The translations under genes were made by a program, and so were the position numbers. Below are positions 52,291 to 64,000 of a stretch of 64,000 nt of DNA, piece after piece. The notes under the pieces were generated by a model. It was not told the origin of the DNA. It did not search any database and was given only the letters and a program-made list of their open reading frames with translations. Within the stretch, counting starts at the first letter, position 1. Each line of letters begins with the position of its first letter. The stretch comes from Octopus bimaculoides (Eukaryota), in the NCBI RefSeq assembly GCF_001194135.2, contig NC_068987.1, positions 104,789,835 through 104,853,834 on the forward strand, given 5' to 3'.

Positions 52291-55200
52291 TTACACGCTA
52301 AATATTGAATAAGAAAAATGTTAGCAACAACAAACAGACTAAAAATAACTGAAGAATGGGAAATCCCCTGAGAAAGTTTTTATGTGTATTACATGAAGGT
52401 ATTTATTAAAGAAAGTAAAGGGTAAACGCAACGTTGGGTTAATATAGAAGGATTAATTCAACTAACTATAATAATAATTAAAGTTGTATAAATCATTTTG
52501 ATCGTAAGTACTGTATAGTCAAAAAATTCAACCGGAGATAAATTAGTTTTTGTTTTGTTTTGTTTTTGCCTAAGACAAATGTCAGTTTGACAATAGGAGC
52601 GAGCAAATGCATGCTTGTGCTTGTTTATATATTTTCATTGACATAAGCAAACTCGTATATAAACAAACTCCTACACGCATAAACTAAAGGAGTTTTAGTT
52701 GATTGAACCATCCAATAGATGAATGAATGAAAAAGATAGATGGACAAGCTTGCGGCGGGTGGGGGGGGGAGTCAACAGGTGAATGGAGATAAGTAGATGC
52801 ATAAATTATGCTAATGATTCGCACCACGTCAGCTCTAACCGCGTAGACTGATCAATGGAAAGCATTTCACCCACGACCAACTGGCCAGTCGTTTTTTCTT
52901 TTAATTTTTTCTTCAGGCTCCTCTATTTCCTTCTTTAAAACAGTAAAGTGTGATTAAAAGATTTAGTTGTTATTTTCATTAGGTTATTGGCTTGTAATTT
53001 TTATCAATTTTAATTAAATGTGGCTGTAAGAAACATAAAAATTACAGTTATACAACATGTGTCAATCAACATGTGTGCTCGGTTTGTATTGTGAACGAGG
53101 TTAGAGGTCAGACTAAACAGTATAATCTACAAGTGCAAGTTTATTGTTGCTGTAAGATCCAGAAATAGATTCAGATACGCTCATCATCCTTGTTGACGGT
53201 GTTTAGCCCCAGGTGAACCCTGAAGGAATAATACTTTGATCAACTACATTCCCTTTTAAAATGAAGACAATGAGTCAAAGTAGGGTACGAAGGAGTACAA
53301 CGTTCCTCTACTTATCAGCCCACGAAAGGGGTGGCTTATAGTGTCTGGTCTTGAAGCGTAGTTGGGATGAGGGCGGTCAGTCCCGGACGACATTTTTATA
53401 TGGGCTGAACCTTTGGGACTGATGTATATGCTTGAAGGCCCAGGGTGGGGCAGCAAACTGAAAGGCTACCCAGGGCGATACTGGTCTTCTCTCATCTTCT
53501 CAACCTCGATCTTTTGGACCATAGCTTACACTTGGTTTTTAATACCCGTTTCCATCACTGTGAAATTCTTAACCTCCCATAATCATTAGAGACCGTGATT
53601 ACCTTGTACTTCATTACATAATGTATCCTTTTCTTTTTTTAAGACTATAAGGAGAAATAGCACTCAAACATCTGAAGATTTAACTGCTATTTCAAGCAGT
53701 TCGAGTGACCAGGTAGAAGATCTTTCTTTAACACCACAACCAATCCGTTCATCATCAGTCAGAAGGAAGCATCGAGAAATCAAAGACACAGGTCACAGAA
53801 TAAGAAAACCCCCTTCATGGAAATTAGCCAGAGACGCATTCTACATGAAAACCAAATTGTTAATTAAGGGCTAACATGATTAATTTCATTTTAAGAGGAG
53901 GAAAATCGAAAATCATTTCAGACAGCGTGATTAGAAAAGAATGTTCAATAAAAAAAAGATGTATTTCGTTATGGAGGTGGGGAAACCTTACTTCAGTAAC
54001 ATAGTTAGGTTGGGGGTCGATGAGAGTAGTTCGCCTCGGGCAATGCTTATATGGAGCCGACACTTTTGTGTCTGTTGTATAAACATGTATAGGGGGGTGG
54101 CAAACACCCAGGTTTCACCACTGCATCACCTAAGGCTAAATAAAACTAATTAGTGGACAAGATCACCATTTAAAAGTGGATTTATTCAGAAGCGAGTTTA
54201 GAGTTTACTGGTTAGGATTTTCACCACGATATTCTAAGTTAAATGCAACCATTGTCGCAGCCAAATCGATTCTTTCTACTATAGGAATAAGGCCTGGAAT
54301 TTTGGGAGGAAGGGGATGGTCAGTTATATCGATCCCAGCACTGAACTGGTACTTATTTAATCGATTCCCTGAAAGGACGAAAAGTAAGGTCGACCTCGGC
54401 GGAATTCGAACTCAGAACGTAAAGCCCGAAGAAATTCCGATAAGTATTTTGTACGGCATGCAACAGATATCTCAAGGACTTGTATCCGACCGAATGGTTC
54501 TGAAGGATTAATATTCAATATATATAAAAAATGAAACGAGTCCGAAAATATGTTCATACGTATATTCAATACAATCTCACACCTTTCATTAACAAATAGG
54601 TTAGTTATGCAAGAAAGGTGTTGATGGTTAATTAGGACGAGGTATTTCGAAAATAATTGCATTTTTCTTAACGGACACATCCTTTGAAATGTAAAGGAAC
54701 ACATGGATTTCTAAAAATTGTTTTTATGCTGAGCTCTATATACCGCACTACACAAGTATATAAAATGTGTGTGAGATATGTATGTGTCCTGGGTATGAAT
54801 TTAAACTGAATCCAGTTGTGCAACGATGGTACGGGACTTCCAAGGTTTTGAGGGGTGTGGGACCACCCTTAGCCACTATTGTTCTCAAGTCTGCTTTGAC
54901 CCGGATTAGTAGCACCTGTTAGAATACACGCTATGGGATAATTAGCATGTGAACTACTCGCTAGAACTTCCATCTCGTAGCAAGTAAACTGGTATAAAAA
55001 AAACAACAACTTGAAGTGCAGTTGGTGTCTAGTCGTCTCAACCTATGTTGTGCCACTTGTTTTAGGGCTAATTGCACTGGAAAGTGGTTTCACTGTTGTC
55101 CAATACTTTATTCACGCAAAACAAATTCAAGAATAGGAACTTCTTGGTCTCTCGGGACGTTTACACGGACTTACTAAGATTAGGAAGTGTCTCACTCAGC

Positions 55201-55664
55201 CACAAGTTGACTGCCACCATGTGTTTGTGTGTGTTTAATGCAATATATTCGCTTGAATTTCTGTACTGAACCTCTGTGATTCCCTAGACTAAATTATCTG
55301 ATATGTCTTCAAATCAATGAGATAAAAATTATCTGCAAGGATAAGATGCCAATTTATTTCTATTCGACATTGCAAGCATAAGAAACTCTAGTCAGTTTTA
55401 CAATACTGATAACGTATTCAACAGCGAACAGCTTGCTCCTTATCTTGCCTAGCCTATTAACATTTTTAAGGAGTAGTCTGGGTCAGAAGCTCTAAAACTG
55501 GCAAACTGCGAATTGGCAGGAGCGTTAGAGCGTCGGATGAAATACTTTGCATATTCGTTCCAACTCCCTGCATTTTAAGTTCGAATTCCGTTGGGGCCAA
55601 CTTTACATTTTAACCCTACGAGATTTATTCACCTTCTTTCGCGTTTTCTTTGGAATAATATTTG

Positions 55665-55829
55665 GCAGAGCTCAAGGTACCGGCAACTCAGGCAGTCACT
55701 CGGAGCGCCATGTGCTAGGGGATGCCAAGGAAGGCGTAACAAAGACAAGGAAATTTCCATGACCGTCAGTTTGTACACGCCGAAGTTTAGCTTGCCCGGG
55801 CCGCCAGCAACCCTAGGGCTGGCCCTGGT
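55665..55829. mobile_element. GC-rich short element, possibly a hAT-type MITE
   Basis: Right end CCCTAGGGCTGGCCCTG; left end only loosely complementary. Followed by (GA)n at about 55840-55945. Confidence 0.3.
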
Positions 55830-55832
55830 GTT

Positions 55833-55924
<92 letters not shown>

Positions 55925-56279
55925 AAGAGAGAAAGAGAGAGAGATGGTCTCCAATAGGTTTCGATATTTATGGCACGTTATATGTTATAAACGCTACCCT
56001 ACGATTCCATCAAGAGATGAGGGGACAAGACAAACTGTCAAATACCACTTCACATCTCAAAAATATTAGTGAAGTTTTTCGCCCTCCTTTTTCTTTAATC
56101 CCATACTTCACAGCAGCATTACCCCATCCATTTGTGAAGATGGCGACCAGTTGGAGACTGGGAGATACTAGCAAAGCTTTCTGGGAGAAAAAAAGCATAA
56201 AAAGCAGTAAATATTTTTAAAAATCAACTAAGAAGTGTGAGCAGGAACTCATCTCACTTAAGGAGACCATATATCGCTG

Positions 56280-56530
56280 GTCACAATGCACTTTGCTTCG
56301 TTCTAGCTTTCGAATGATGCTAACCCGTTGGCTAGGTGAGCAGGCCAACATTCGCCCTGATTGGAAGGCCAGTCTGTCACAGGGTTACACATTTACAGCT
56401 GAGTGGACTGGACCAACGTGAAATGAAATAATTTTTTGCTCAAAAACACAATGTACTGCTCGGTCCAGAAATCGAACCCCCGTTCTAGCGATCGTAACCA
56501 CAACACTGGTCACAAGCCACGTGCCTTCGC
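56280..56530 (-). mobile_element. tRNA-derived SINE family D
   Basis: GGTTCGATTTC B-box and TACATTGTGTTTTTGAGCAAAA body, shared with the plus copy at 63050-63225. Confidence 0.6.
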
Positions 56531-58493
56531 AAGCAATAATGTATTTAGTATTAATTACTAAAATATTTAAGGAGAAATTTGAAACGGGACCCACATTTCA
56601 CATTTGGCTTGAACTTTGCCTGAAGTATTTTTTTCTTCTTTTTTTACGACACAAATCACTACTAAATTCATGGACGACTAGATTTAATTTATTAGCTGTA
56701 GATAGTAAATAGCTGTAGAAGTATTTGACATCTTTCGAGGTTTAAAAGGTTTGATGGGGCAGGTAACATCACTTCCATCTCATCTTCATTCTTCCATCAC
56801 ATCTTACGTTTTATTTTTTTTATTTGTTCTATGTCTCCAATGTTTTGTTTGTCCTGCTCTTTGTTAGCCCGTAATGGGTAACAGTAAAATCTTTCGAGGT
56901 TTGAAAGAAGTACACACCAGTTTATAACAATGCAAACAACAATTGCACCTGCTTATTGTGTTTAATCTGTTGTTATAGAGTGGTCTTTATCGCACTAAAC
57001 AGATTTAATTGAATCCAAATGTAACCGATACCAGACAGTTAATTACATAGTTATGTTTAGACTTGCTAATTGAAAGTTTGTTTAATTAACTTCTCCTGGT
57101 CTTGGAATCATTAACACTGGCCAGTATTATCCAGACATGAAGAATTTCATATGCTCCATCTCAAAGAACTTTGTGAACGCGCCAAAATAGTTTAGATATT
57201 GTCTTGAGAACTAATTCCAATGTAAACGAAGTCTGACTGGAAGTACACTTATATACAAAAGATGCAACTTCTCGCCTTTCAGAATAGTGCTTTGTTTGTC
57301 GAAATTAAACTAGAGTGTGACATTTGAAGAATTTCTTGGAACATTGAGGAATAACAGATGCTTCTTCTCAGATTTTTATTTTTTGATTTTTTAAATAACC
57401 TTTTAGTTGAGAGATTGGTGTGACTTAGACTAGAGGTATATTACCACTTTCTGCTACCTCTGCTAACTGGTCTTGCAGCCATGTAGTTATATACACACAA
57501 AGAAACCTTTGTGTGTATATAACTAGACTGCCCAATGCGTTTTGGCTAAAGACGATTAATACAATTTGAGGCAGATTTAGCTGTTATATTTAGCAGGTCG
57601 AAAGAACACGTTGAAGCTCTTTTGTTGACTCAAAAATCTGGAGTTTACGCAACAAAGGGAAATCTGGATAGAGAGCAAGAATAGATTAATGTCAACTGAC
57701 GCCCTAAACACACACCCACAACAATAGCTCTTTGCTCCTTCCATTGTCTAACTGACAAGTTAGTTAGACAAGTTAGTAACACGTAATTACTGAATCTGAA
57801 GCAAACTCAGTTTTATTCTCGGGCAGGCCTCACATCTATATTGAATGTTAATGTTATTTATATAACTTTAAATAGTGATAAGTAATATAAGCAAATTATT
57901 TACTTTGACAATAGGGAAAAATGTAGGTTCTCAATATTGTTACAATTTACCATCTACACGATGTTAAATCCAGCACTAGAAACATTATGCAGTGCCTCAC
58001 TCAATACCACCAGGAATATGTGCTGCCTGGGACAGTGCTTTGAGTTTGCACACTTCCAGATCCCTAAGAGTATACAGGCTTATACAGCAGATCCAAACGT
58101 GCCACCTTTATAAAAGCGTCGTCTGGGGCGGACCCCCACCCCCTGGTTCCCACCGGCTGCATTTCCCTTGGTGGCCTAAGCAGGTACTTATTTTATCTAA
58201 TGGTTAAATCCGTCCCTGGTTGAAAATTGATTCAAACTTGAAGTTCTCGAGAGAAAGAATTTTGTATGAAAGGTTAGTATGTAATGGGATATCACAGTTA
58301 TTTACTGCAGACTCAACAATCCACAAACAACTCTGGAGTCTTTCTCTTATTTCATTTACATCACGTGTTCACAATTCTCGATCAAGTTACTCCTTTATGA
58401 AATCCAGCAATGAGAACAGATGCAGTGGTTTTAATCTTTTAGACTGGAAAGAAAGTAATACAGTTCTATATTTAAGAGATGAGGAATTATGTA

Positions 58494-58893
58494 CATTATT
58501 TGCAATTGACGGATATTTGTCCTCATCTTGTTTGTTGTTAACACAACGTTTCGGCTGATATACCCTCCAGCCTTCATCTTGGGGAAATTTCGAACCTGAG
58601 TTCTCATTCCTAAGGTATTTTTCGATGTTATTATTCAGGTCACTGCCTGGAATCGAACTCTGAATCTTGGAGTTAAGAGCGCGGGCTACTAACACCGAGA
58701 TTCCGAGTTCGATTCCAGGCAGTGACCTGAATGATAATAATAACAATAACAACATCGAAAAATACCTTAGGAATGAGAACCCAGGTTCGAAATTTCTTCA
58801 AGACACCTGATGAAGGCTGGAGGGTATATTAACCGAAACGTTGTGTTAACAACAAACATGATCAGGACAAATATCCGTCAATTGTAAATAATG
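58494..58893. mobile_element. foldback of two head-to-head copies of a tRNA-headed element ending in a hammerhead-like motif
   Basis: Arms are reverse complements around a central GTTAAGAGCGCGGGCTACTAAC. B-boxes at 58649-58660(-) and 58705-58716(+). Confidence 0.8.
58802..58847 (+). ncRNA. minimal type-I hammerhead-like motif, canonical CUGAUGA core
   Basis: GACAC-CUGAUGA-A-GGCUGG(AGGGUAUA)UUAACC-GAAAC-GUU-GUGUU with palindromic AACGUU. Stem II has one mismatch. Confidence 0.6.
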
Positions 58894-59089
58894 GAAAGAA
58901 GATGACCTCTACACTCGTTTTTAGTGCCTCCGAGACTGGAGGTTATCAATATTTCTAAAAAACTGAAACGTTTCCATGCCTGTTGATAATCCCTTTGCAT
59001 CAATTTTCAATTCCTTATCAGAACTTTGATTTTCCTGAATATTTTCAAGGAGACTTCCTTTTATATATATTCTACTTTAACAATTTCAA

Positions 59090-59476
59090 TCACTCGTGAT
59101 GAATAGTTCCATCGCTTTGAGAAGTATTTTCCTTCAATTCATCGAGCAAAGAAGTTCCTTTCATAGAGCTACTAAAAATGATAAAATATTTAACCTTGAG
59201 ATTAAAAGAATGTATGTAATTCAGGAATGTGAGAACAGCTTGACTTACAGCAAAATTCACCTCTGATAATCTCTCCCTCTCAAACTTAGCATTAAGTTTG
59301 CTTTCCAGTCCAGCAACCGCAGCATCGTATATTTGGGCAACCAGTTGTTTAAAACAGACTAAATCATTTAGATTCGTTCGAACTGAATCCAAAAGAAGGG
59401 CTTCTTTCTGCTTTAACATAAGTAAATCCAAGAAATATTTCGTAAATTTGTCCATTTCCATCATTGTAACGATCAA
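59090..59476 (-). other. unassigned 128-codon ORF, possibly an exon or a decayed retrocopy
   Basis: Non-repetitive, helical-looking composition in AT-rich DNA. No confident family assignment. Confidence 0.3.
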
Positions 59477-59797
59477 CAGATGGAAGAGAGTACATGCAAT
59501 TTACGTCAGCATAAATGCATTTTGTAATCTCCTTTTTAGTTTGGTCTTCAAGAAGACTGATGGCTGAATGGATTAGACCATTCTGAAATGTCGAAGAAAA
59601 TCAACAAGCAGTAGCAGTGTTTAAATGGTTTTGCATATTTTCATCAAAATTAACAACGCAAAAAGCTAACTCGATATTAATTACCATATTTACAGATAAT
59701 TCACTATAATCGCGACCACGAAGACTTAATACTTACCTCTTCAAAAAACATGCTATTCTAATTAGGCTTTTTAAGATATCTCTATTTTGCAAAACGT

Positions 59798-60180
59798 GGA
59801 GGCGCAATGACCCAGTGGTTAGGGCAGCGGACTCGCGGTCATAGGATCGCAGTTTCGATTCTCAGACCGGGCGTTGTGAGTGTTTATTGAGCGAAAACAC
59901 CTAAAGCTCCACAAGGCTCCGGCAGGGGATGGTGGCGAACCCTGCTGTACTCTTTCACCACAACTTTCTCTCACTCTTTCTTCCTGTTTCTGTTGTGCCT
60001 GTAATTCAAAGGGCCAGCCTTGTCACACTATGTCACGCTGAATATCCCTGAGAACTACGTTACGGGTACACATGTCTGTGGAGTGCTCAGCCACTTGCAC
60101 GTTAATTTCACGAGCAGGCTGTTCCGTTGATCGGATCAACTGGAACCCTCGACGTCGTAAGCGACGGAGTGCCAACAACA
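59798..60180 (+). mobile_element. tRNA-derived SINE family E, near full length
   Basis: GGAGGCGCAATGACCCAGTGGTTAGGGCAGCGG A-box, GTTTCGATTCTC B-box, GC-rich body, CAACAACA tail. Confidence 0.8.
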
Positions 60181-61503
60181 GCATTACCTCCCATGAAGAG
60201 TGTACACAGAGGGGACAATACAAACAAGCATTGGGGTCAAACATTTTTTATTGTGTCTGCTAGTTGTAAATGATTTCTTATCAAATATTAAATCGATTCA
60301 ACCTACTTTCGCAAATTGCTTAAAATAAACATAGGCTTGTAATTGGATAACCGGCTTTTCGTAGCGAGCGATTGCAGAATGCAAGTTATTTAAATAGTCA
60401 TATTTTTTATTTACAGAACCCAAAACTAAAATATCAAACAATACAAAATATTATCCGAAATATTTTTTACATAATGTTTTATAAGTTGCATAATGTTCAG
60501 TGTTATGCGTTCTCATATATCATTTGTTTGCCTTTGTCGAGTTTAATGTCAGAAGAGACCTTCCACTGTCGACTGTGTTTCTTTCATCAAAAGTTAACGA
60601 AATGATGTTTTATTCGACTCAGTGAAAACCCCACGGCCATCGCAGCAAAGAGGAATCCACAAAGAAAAAGGAGCAGGAGGAGTGTTGAATTTGCCTTGGC
60701 GTGATTTGAACTCTGAGAGCTGGAACAACTGTCACACAGCAGTTCTCTGCCTGTTATGCTTGGTTATAATGAATTTGTACTACATATCTGCCCCTCCCCT
60801 TCTTTAATGTATGCTCAATGAATCAACAGTGTTGATGACTGGTACAAGGCAGTTATGGAGAGAAGACGTGAGTCGAAGAGAGAGTGGTCGCTCGACTTGC
60901 TCGAAATAGTGGCTAAACCTTCTTCAAATCCCACTCTACTGTCTTAAATAAAGACAGATACGATGAATTATGTAATCCTTGGTCGACAAAAGACATGACA
61001 TGCACATTTTGAGACGCCTTTGCTCGTAGGTCTGCTGGATCAGGATTAACCAAGGGCTAAACAACAACAACAAATAGAGGACCCTATTTATAGTATTCAA
61101 CAGTGTGTGGAAGCCCTCCGGAAGAACCATTTCTGTTTTGAGAAAATAGACTTAATCCGATACCTTGTTTAACACTACCATTTGTTCCTCGGGTACCATT
61201 AGGAAAGTACTTTTGACTGTAAGAAACTTTCAGGCTAGATTTGCGGGTAACTTGCTCCCTTCCTTGCACCAATCTTAGAGGCCTTAAAACGGGTCATATG
61301 CGATGCACTTCCCCCTCTTCTTTTATCTTCTTTTACTTGTTTCAGTCATTAGACTGCGGCCACGCTGGGGCACTACCTTGAAGAATCTTTACTCGAATGA
61401 ATCGACCCCAGTATATATTATTTAAGCCAGGTACTTATTCCAGTGGTTCTTTTGCCGAACTGCAAAGTTACGGTGGTGGGACACACGCACCCACACGTTT
61501 ATA

Positions 61504-61728
61504 CAGGGTTGACCAAAAGTCACCCGACAGTAAATCAAAATTCCATATCTACTATCTGTAATTCTGTATTGACTCGAATGGGAAAATGTGTCACTCAAGA
61601 AGGGCTTCAGTTGGAACAATTTTTATGATGTTTTTAAAGATGTTTTTATTAAATTCATTCAGAAGTTAAACACATATAAATCTTGGAATTAAATGGCTTT
61701 GTTTTACTGTCAGGTGACTTTTGGTCAA
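61504..61728. mobile_element. Tc1/mariner MITE nested inside a SINE family B copy
   Basis: TA|CAGGGTTGACCAAAAGTCACCCGACAGTAAA...TTTACTGTCAGGTGACTTTTGGTCAA. SINE halves at 61325-61495 and 61729-61880. Confidence 0.8.
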
Positions 61729-62972
61729 GACGGGCTTCTTTCAGTTTCCGTCTACCAAATCCACTCTCAAAGCTTTGGCTGGCCCGAGGCTATAGTAGAA
61801 AACACTTACCAAAGGTGCCACGCAATGGGACTGAACCTAGAACCATGTGGTCAGAAAGCAAGCTCCTTACCACACAATGCTCTTTGAGGCAAAGTCTATA
61901 TTATTCTCAGTCTAAATTTCGTCAGTATGATTCAGTCATGGGAGACATAGTTGTCTTAGTTATAGTTAGCCATGACGTGACCTGCTGTCAGCTGAAATCC
62001 GTTCAGTTAACAGTATTCTATCAAACGATGAAAGGTTAAATATAAACAATTGCGAATCTTTTCAATCAAAATTGTATGTCGTCATCGTATTTCACTCGGT
62101 CTCAGAGCACGCAGCATATTGGGAAACTATTTATTGCTTAATATTTTTAGAGCGGTTGATACCTTGTGAGTGAATTTGGTTTACTGAAACAGTGAAGAAG
62201 CCTGTCGCATATATATATATATATATANNNNNNNNNNNNNNNNNNNNNNNNNNNNNNNNNNNNNNNNNNNNNNNNNNNNNNNNNNNNNNNNNNNNNNNNN
62301 NNNNNNNNNNNNNNNNNNNNNNNNNNNNNNNNNNNNNNNNNNNNNNNNNNNNNNNNNNNNNNNNNNNNNNNNNNNNNNNNNNNNNNNNNNNNNNNNNNNN
62401 NNNNNNNNNNNNNNNNNNNNNNNNNNNNNNNNNNNNNNNNNNNNNNNNNNNNNNNNNNNNNNNNNNNNNNNNNNNNNNNNNNNNNNNNNNNNNNNNNNNN
62501 NNNNNNNNNNNNNNNNNNNNNNNNNNNNNNNNNNNNNNNNNNNNNNNNNNNNNNNNNNNNNNNNNNNNNNNNNNNNNNNNNNNNNNNNNNNNNNNNNNNN
62601 NNNNNNNNNNNNNNNNNNNNNNNNNNNNNNNNNNNNNNNNNNNNNNNNNNNNNNNNNNNNNNNNNNNNNNNNNNNNNNNNNNNNNNNNNNNNNNNNNNNN
62701 NNNNNNNNNNNNNNNNNNNNNNNNNNNNNNNNNNNNNNNNNNNNNNNNNNNNNNNNNNNNNNNNNNNNNNNNNNNNNNNNNNNNNNNNNNNNNNNNNNNN
62801 NNNNNNNNNNNNNNNNNNNNNNNNNNNNNNNNNNNNNNNNNNNNNNNNNNNNNNNNNNNNNNNNNNNNNNNNNNNNNNNNNNNNNNNNNNNNNNNNNNNN
62901 NNNNNNNNNNNNNNNNNNNNNNNNNNNNNNNNNNNNNNNNNNNNNNNNNNNNNNNNNNNNNNNNNNNNNNNN

Positions 62973-63034
<62 letters not shown>

Positions 63035-63334
63035 TGCGTGTGTTCGTGCTTGAGGACGCATGGCCTAGTGGTTAGAGTGTTGCACTCGCGATCTAGCGAT
63101 CGTGATTTCAATTCCAAAACCGAGTGGTACATTGTGTTTTTGAGCAAAACACTTCATCTCGCGTCGCTCTAAGATCACTTCGACACCTGACGCGTGGCAC
63201 AAACGTTGATTTAATGGAGGAAGTGAGCACAAGGCCCGAAATTTTGGGGGAGGGGGAGCCAGAATCGTTAACGCTGTAATCGACTATCCCCCTCGCCCAA
63301 ATTTCAAACCTTATACCTATAACAAAGGATTATT

Positions 63335-63760
63335 AAGCTGGCAGAATCGTTTGCACACCGGGAAAATGCTTAGCAGTATTTCGTCTGTCTTTACGTTCTG
63401 AGTTCAAATTCCGCCGAGGTCGACTTTGCCTTTCATCCTTTCGGGGTCGATTAAATAAGTATCAGTTGAGTACTGGAGTCGTTGTATCCGTCTAACCCCT
63501 TCCCAAGAAATTTCTGGCTTTGTGCTTACAGCAAGAGGAAATAATAAGATAGCAAGCTGGCTGAACCGATAGCGCGTCGGACAAAATGCTAAAGACATTT
63601 TTTTCCGGCTCTTTACTTGCTGAGCTCAATTCTCACAAAGATCAACCTTACTTTTCGTCCTTTCGAGGTCGATAAACTAAAGTACCAGTCAAGTACCTGG
63701 GTCGATGCAATCGACACACCCACTCTTGCTGGCCTTGTGCCAAAATTTGAAACCTTTGTT
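63335..63760 (+). mobile_element. two tandem copies of tRNA-derived SINE family A
   Basis: AAGCTGGCAGAATCG head, GTTCTGAGTTCAAATTCCGCCGAGGTCGACTTTGCCTTTCATCCTTTCGGGGTCG body, repeated from about 63553. Confidence 0.8.
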
Positions 63761-64000
63761 ATTGTTCCTAAAAGACTAAAACTCAAAATTAAAGAATAGA
63801 ATCGTTCAATAGAATCGTATTACTTTTTCTTATAACCCATTCAATGGGTTCGCTCCCCGCTGCTAGCGATGTATTGTACATGAAGGGTGCAGTGCTTACA
63901 CTGAAAACCAGCTGGTGGAGAATCCGCCTGGGGTTAAACTAGTAGTAACGTTGATCTGCCACTTTGATGTGGCTACTCGCTTTACCAATTAAGAAAATGT

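Noticed and set aside
59798-59880. tRNA genes (here and at other SINE heads)
   Set aside because: A/B boxes are present but there is no closed acceptor stem, and the sequence continues into SINE bodies.
62131-63172. Long ORFs of 300+ aa (also 32196, 33846, 34034, 39638, 46018 and similar)
   Set aside because: They consist of N gaps and (CA)n/(TA)n microsatellites.

Overview
AT-rich, microsatellite- and repeat-dense eukaryotic DNA from a gapped draft assembly. The SINE/LINE landscape looks like an octopod (Octopus-like) genome; that is an inference from recognising repeat families, not a database result. One gene is well supported: the N-terminal GBD/FH3 (DID) part of an INF2-like formin on the minus strand. 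I reconstructed five coding exons by hand (50852-51347, 11510-11625, 5963-6122, 2466-2647, 201-280). All junctions are GT-AG with matching phases, the first coding intron is 39.2 kb, and the gene runs off the left edge. Three of these exons are missing from the ORF track. The rest is mostly tRNA-derived SINEs, RTE, R4-like and CR1/Jockey-like LINE remnants, mariner and Tigger remnants, MITEs and a probable solo LTR. The most interesting non-coding signal is a set of minimal type-I hammerhead-ribozyme-like motifs in four unrelated repeats. One has a swapped G3-C8 core pair on the formin sense strand, and another lies at the 3' end of a tRNA-headed element forming a 400-bp foldback. Several long inverted repeats lie in the formin introns. 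Minimal hammerheads in Penelope-like elements are known; whether these families and variants are new or active cannot be decided from sequence alone.
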